Below, one piece after another: positions 62,877 to 64,000 of a stretch of 64,000 nt of DNA; positions within the stretch are counted from its first letter, which is position 1; each line of letters begins with the position of its first letter. The notes beneath the pieces are model-generated. The model did not search any database and was not told where the DNA came from. It saw only the letters and a list, made by a program, of their open reading frames with translations. The translations under genes and the position numbers were made by a program. Source of the DNA: Selaginella moellendorffii (lineage: Eukaryota; Plantae; Lycopodiophyta); NCBI RefSeq assembly GCF_000143415.4, contig NW_003314311.1, forward strand, positions 602,181 through 666,180, read 5' to 3'.

Positions 62877-63160
62877 TTCCTAAAAATGTCAGAAATATAA
62901 AGATTATTCACTAAAAACCCTAAGCAAAACTTTAATTAATATCATTAAGTTCACTGGATCAATTGATTAAATTAACTCACTTTACTTTTTAATGCATATT
63001 CTTCTCATTTTACTTTGATTAACTAATGTCCAAAACAACTATGTAATTCTCCAAAATCAAATTTTCGGTATATAGTTCCACCTTACCGATTTGCTCTCCT
63101 AACTTTGCTCCACATGCGCTTTGATTTTTTAGGGCGACCAAGTCGATCGATCACCCACCA

Positions 63161-64000
63161 ATGCATGCCCTGAAAATGCCATGGTTCCGCCTTCTAGGCC
63201 TCGTCCTCTCGCTCACTCTCGCCTTGCACTTCCTCCTCAAAGCCCAGCAATCGCCCAATCCATTCTTCTCCAGCTTCATCCTCTTAAATCACACGCTTCC
63301 TCCTCGCAGCAGCGACGAGAACGAGCAAGGCCTCCTCCCAGAAGTGTGGAAGCAAAAGGATGATCGCGGCCGCCAGTGCCTCAGCCGGTTCCAATACCAG
63401 TCGTATCGCCGCCACCCCTCCAGCCCCTCCCGCCCGTCCGATAGCCTCATCCAACGGCTCCGGGAGTACGAGGAGCTCCACGCTCGCTGCGCTGGAGAGG
63501 CCGACAAGTCACCACCGTCGCCGTCGGATCCCCCGTGCCAGTTCGTCGTGGCCGTCGGATACATGGGCCTCGGCAACAAGATGATCTCGCTCGTCGCGAC
63601 CTTCATCTACGCGCTGCTCACGAACCGAGTTCTTCTCATCGCCGCCGCCGAAAACATGGATCGCCTCTTCTGCGAGCCGTTTCCTCAAAGTTCCTGGCTC
63701 CTCCCAAAGTCGAAGATGGATCTCCTGTACTCACTGAATGATTCTTTCCGGTTTGGCAGCGTTGTCAAGGCGTTTGGATCCGGAGAGTGCAACACCAGCG
63801 GCGTCAAGTACCCCGGAACCGTGCTCGTCCGGATCACCCACGAGTATGATCGCGACGACACCAAGTTCTTCTGCGAGGAGCAGCAGGACGTGATCCGGAG
63901 CCAAGTTCCCTGGGTGTTTGTCCGATCGAACGTCTTCTACGTCCCCAGCCTCTACTACGTTCCATCGTTCAAGTCGGAGATGGAGCGGCTCTTCCCCGGC
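63161..64000 (+). CDS. Xyloglucan/galactoside 2-alpha-L-fucosyltransferase (GT37), 3'-truncated by the window
   Basis: The frame open from ATG 63161 has an N-terminal TM, CLSRFQ, LIQRLREYEELHARC, GLGNKMISLVATFIYALLTNRVLL and LFCEPFPQSSWLLP, which are hallmark plant FUT motifs. Absent from the ORF track because there is no stop in the window. Confidence 0.9.
   Translation, partial: MHALKMPWFRLLGLVLSLTLALHFLLKAQQSPNPFFSSFILLNHTLPPRSSDENEQGLLPEVWKQKDDRGRQCLSRFQYQSYRRHPSSPSRPSDSLIQRLREYEELHARCAGEADKSPPSPSDPPCQFVVAVGYMGLGNKMISLVATFIYALLTNRVLLIAAAENMDRLFCEPFPQSSWLLPKSKMDLLYSLNDSFRFGSVVKAFGSGECNTSGVKYPGTVLVRITHEYDRDDTKFFCEEQQDVIRSQVPWVFVRSNVFYVPSLYYVPSFKSEMERLFPG

Overview
Plant nuclear DNA. The ~47-76 nt GT-AG introns, a CYP71-clan P450 and a GT37 fucosyltransferase suggest a compact-intron land plant such as Selaginella (inference). 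About 60 kb is a nest of transposable elements. Most of it is one non-coding LTR-retrotransposon family (LARD-like; ~1.5-1.9 kb LTRs with an 11/12-bp minisatellite, Met-tRNA PBS), repeatedly inserted into itself. There are also three Cassandra TRIMs with 5S-derived LTR segments and decayed Ty3/gypsy remnants. The standout is an intact-looking 13,430-bp DNA transposon (1633-15062) with perfect 24-bp TIRs and an AAAT target-site duplication, Sola1-like. It encodes a 1022-aa DDD transposase. Divergently, it carries a gene that the ORF track splits into at least six pieces, which I can splice (11 exons, canonical GT-AG) into one ~1631-aa protein: ParB/Srx-like domain, degenerate DNA amino-methyltransferase-like fold, basic/acidic tracts, FCP1/SCP-type HAD phosphatase domain. 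About 29 copies of a 22-bp palindrome (ATGGCRTG-WGGCCW-CAYGCCAT) are scattered through this element, including inside its tiny introns, and I saw none outside it. This suggests a self-recognition system of cis sites plus an accessory protein (hypothesis). Two host genes close the window: a P450 with a frameshifting C-terminal deletion and a xyloglucan fucosyltransferase. All coordinates and domain calls were made by eye, without database searches.
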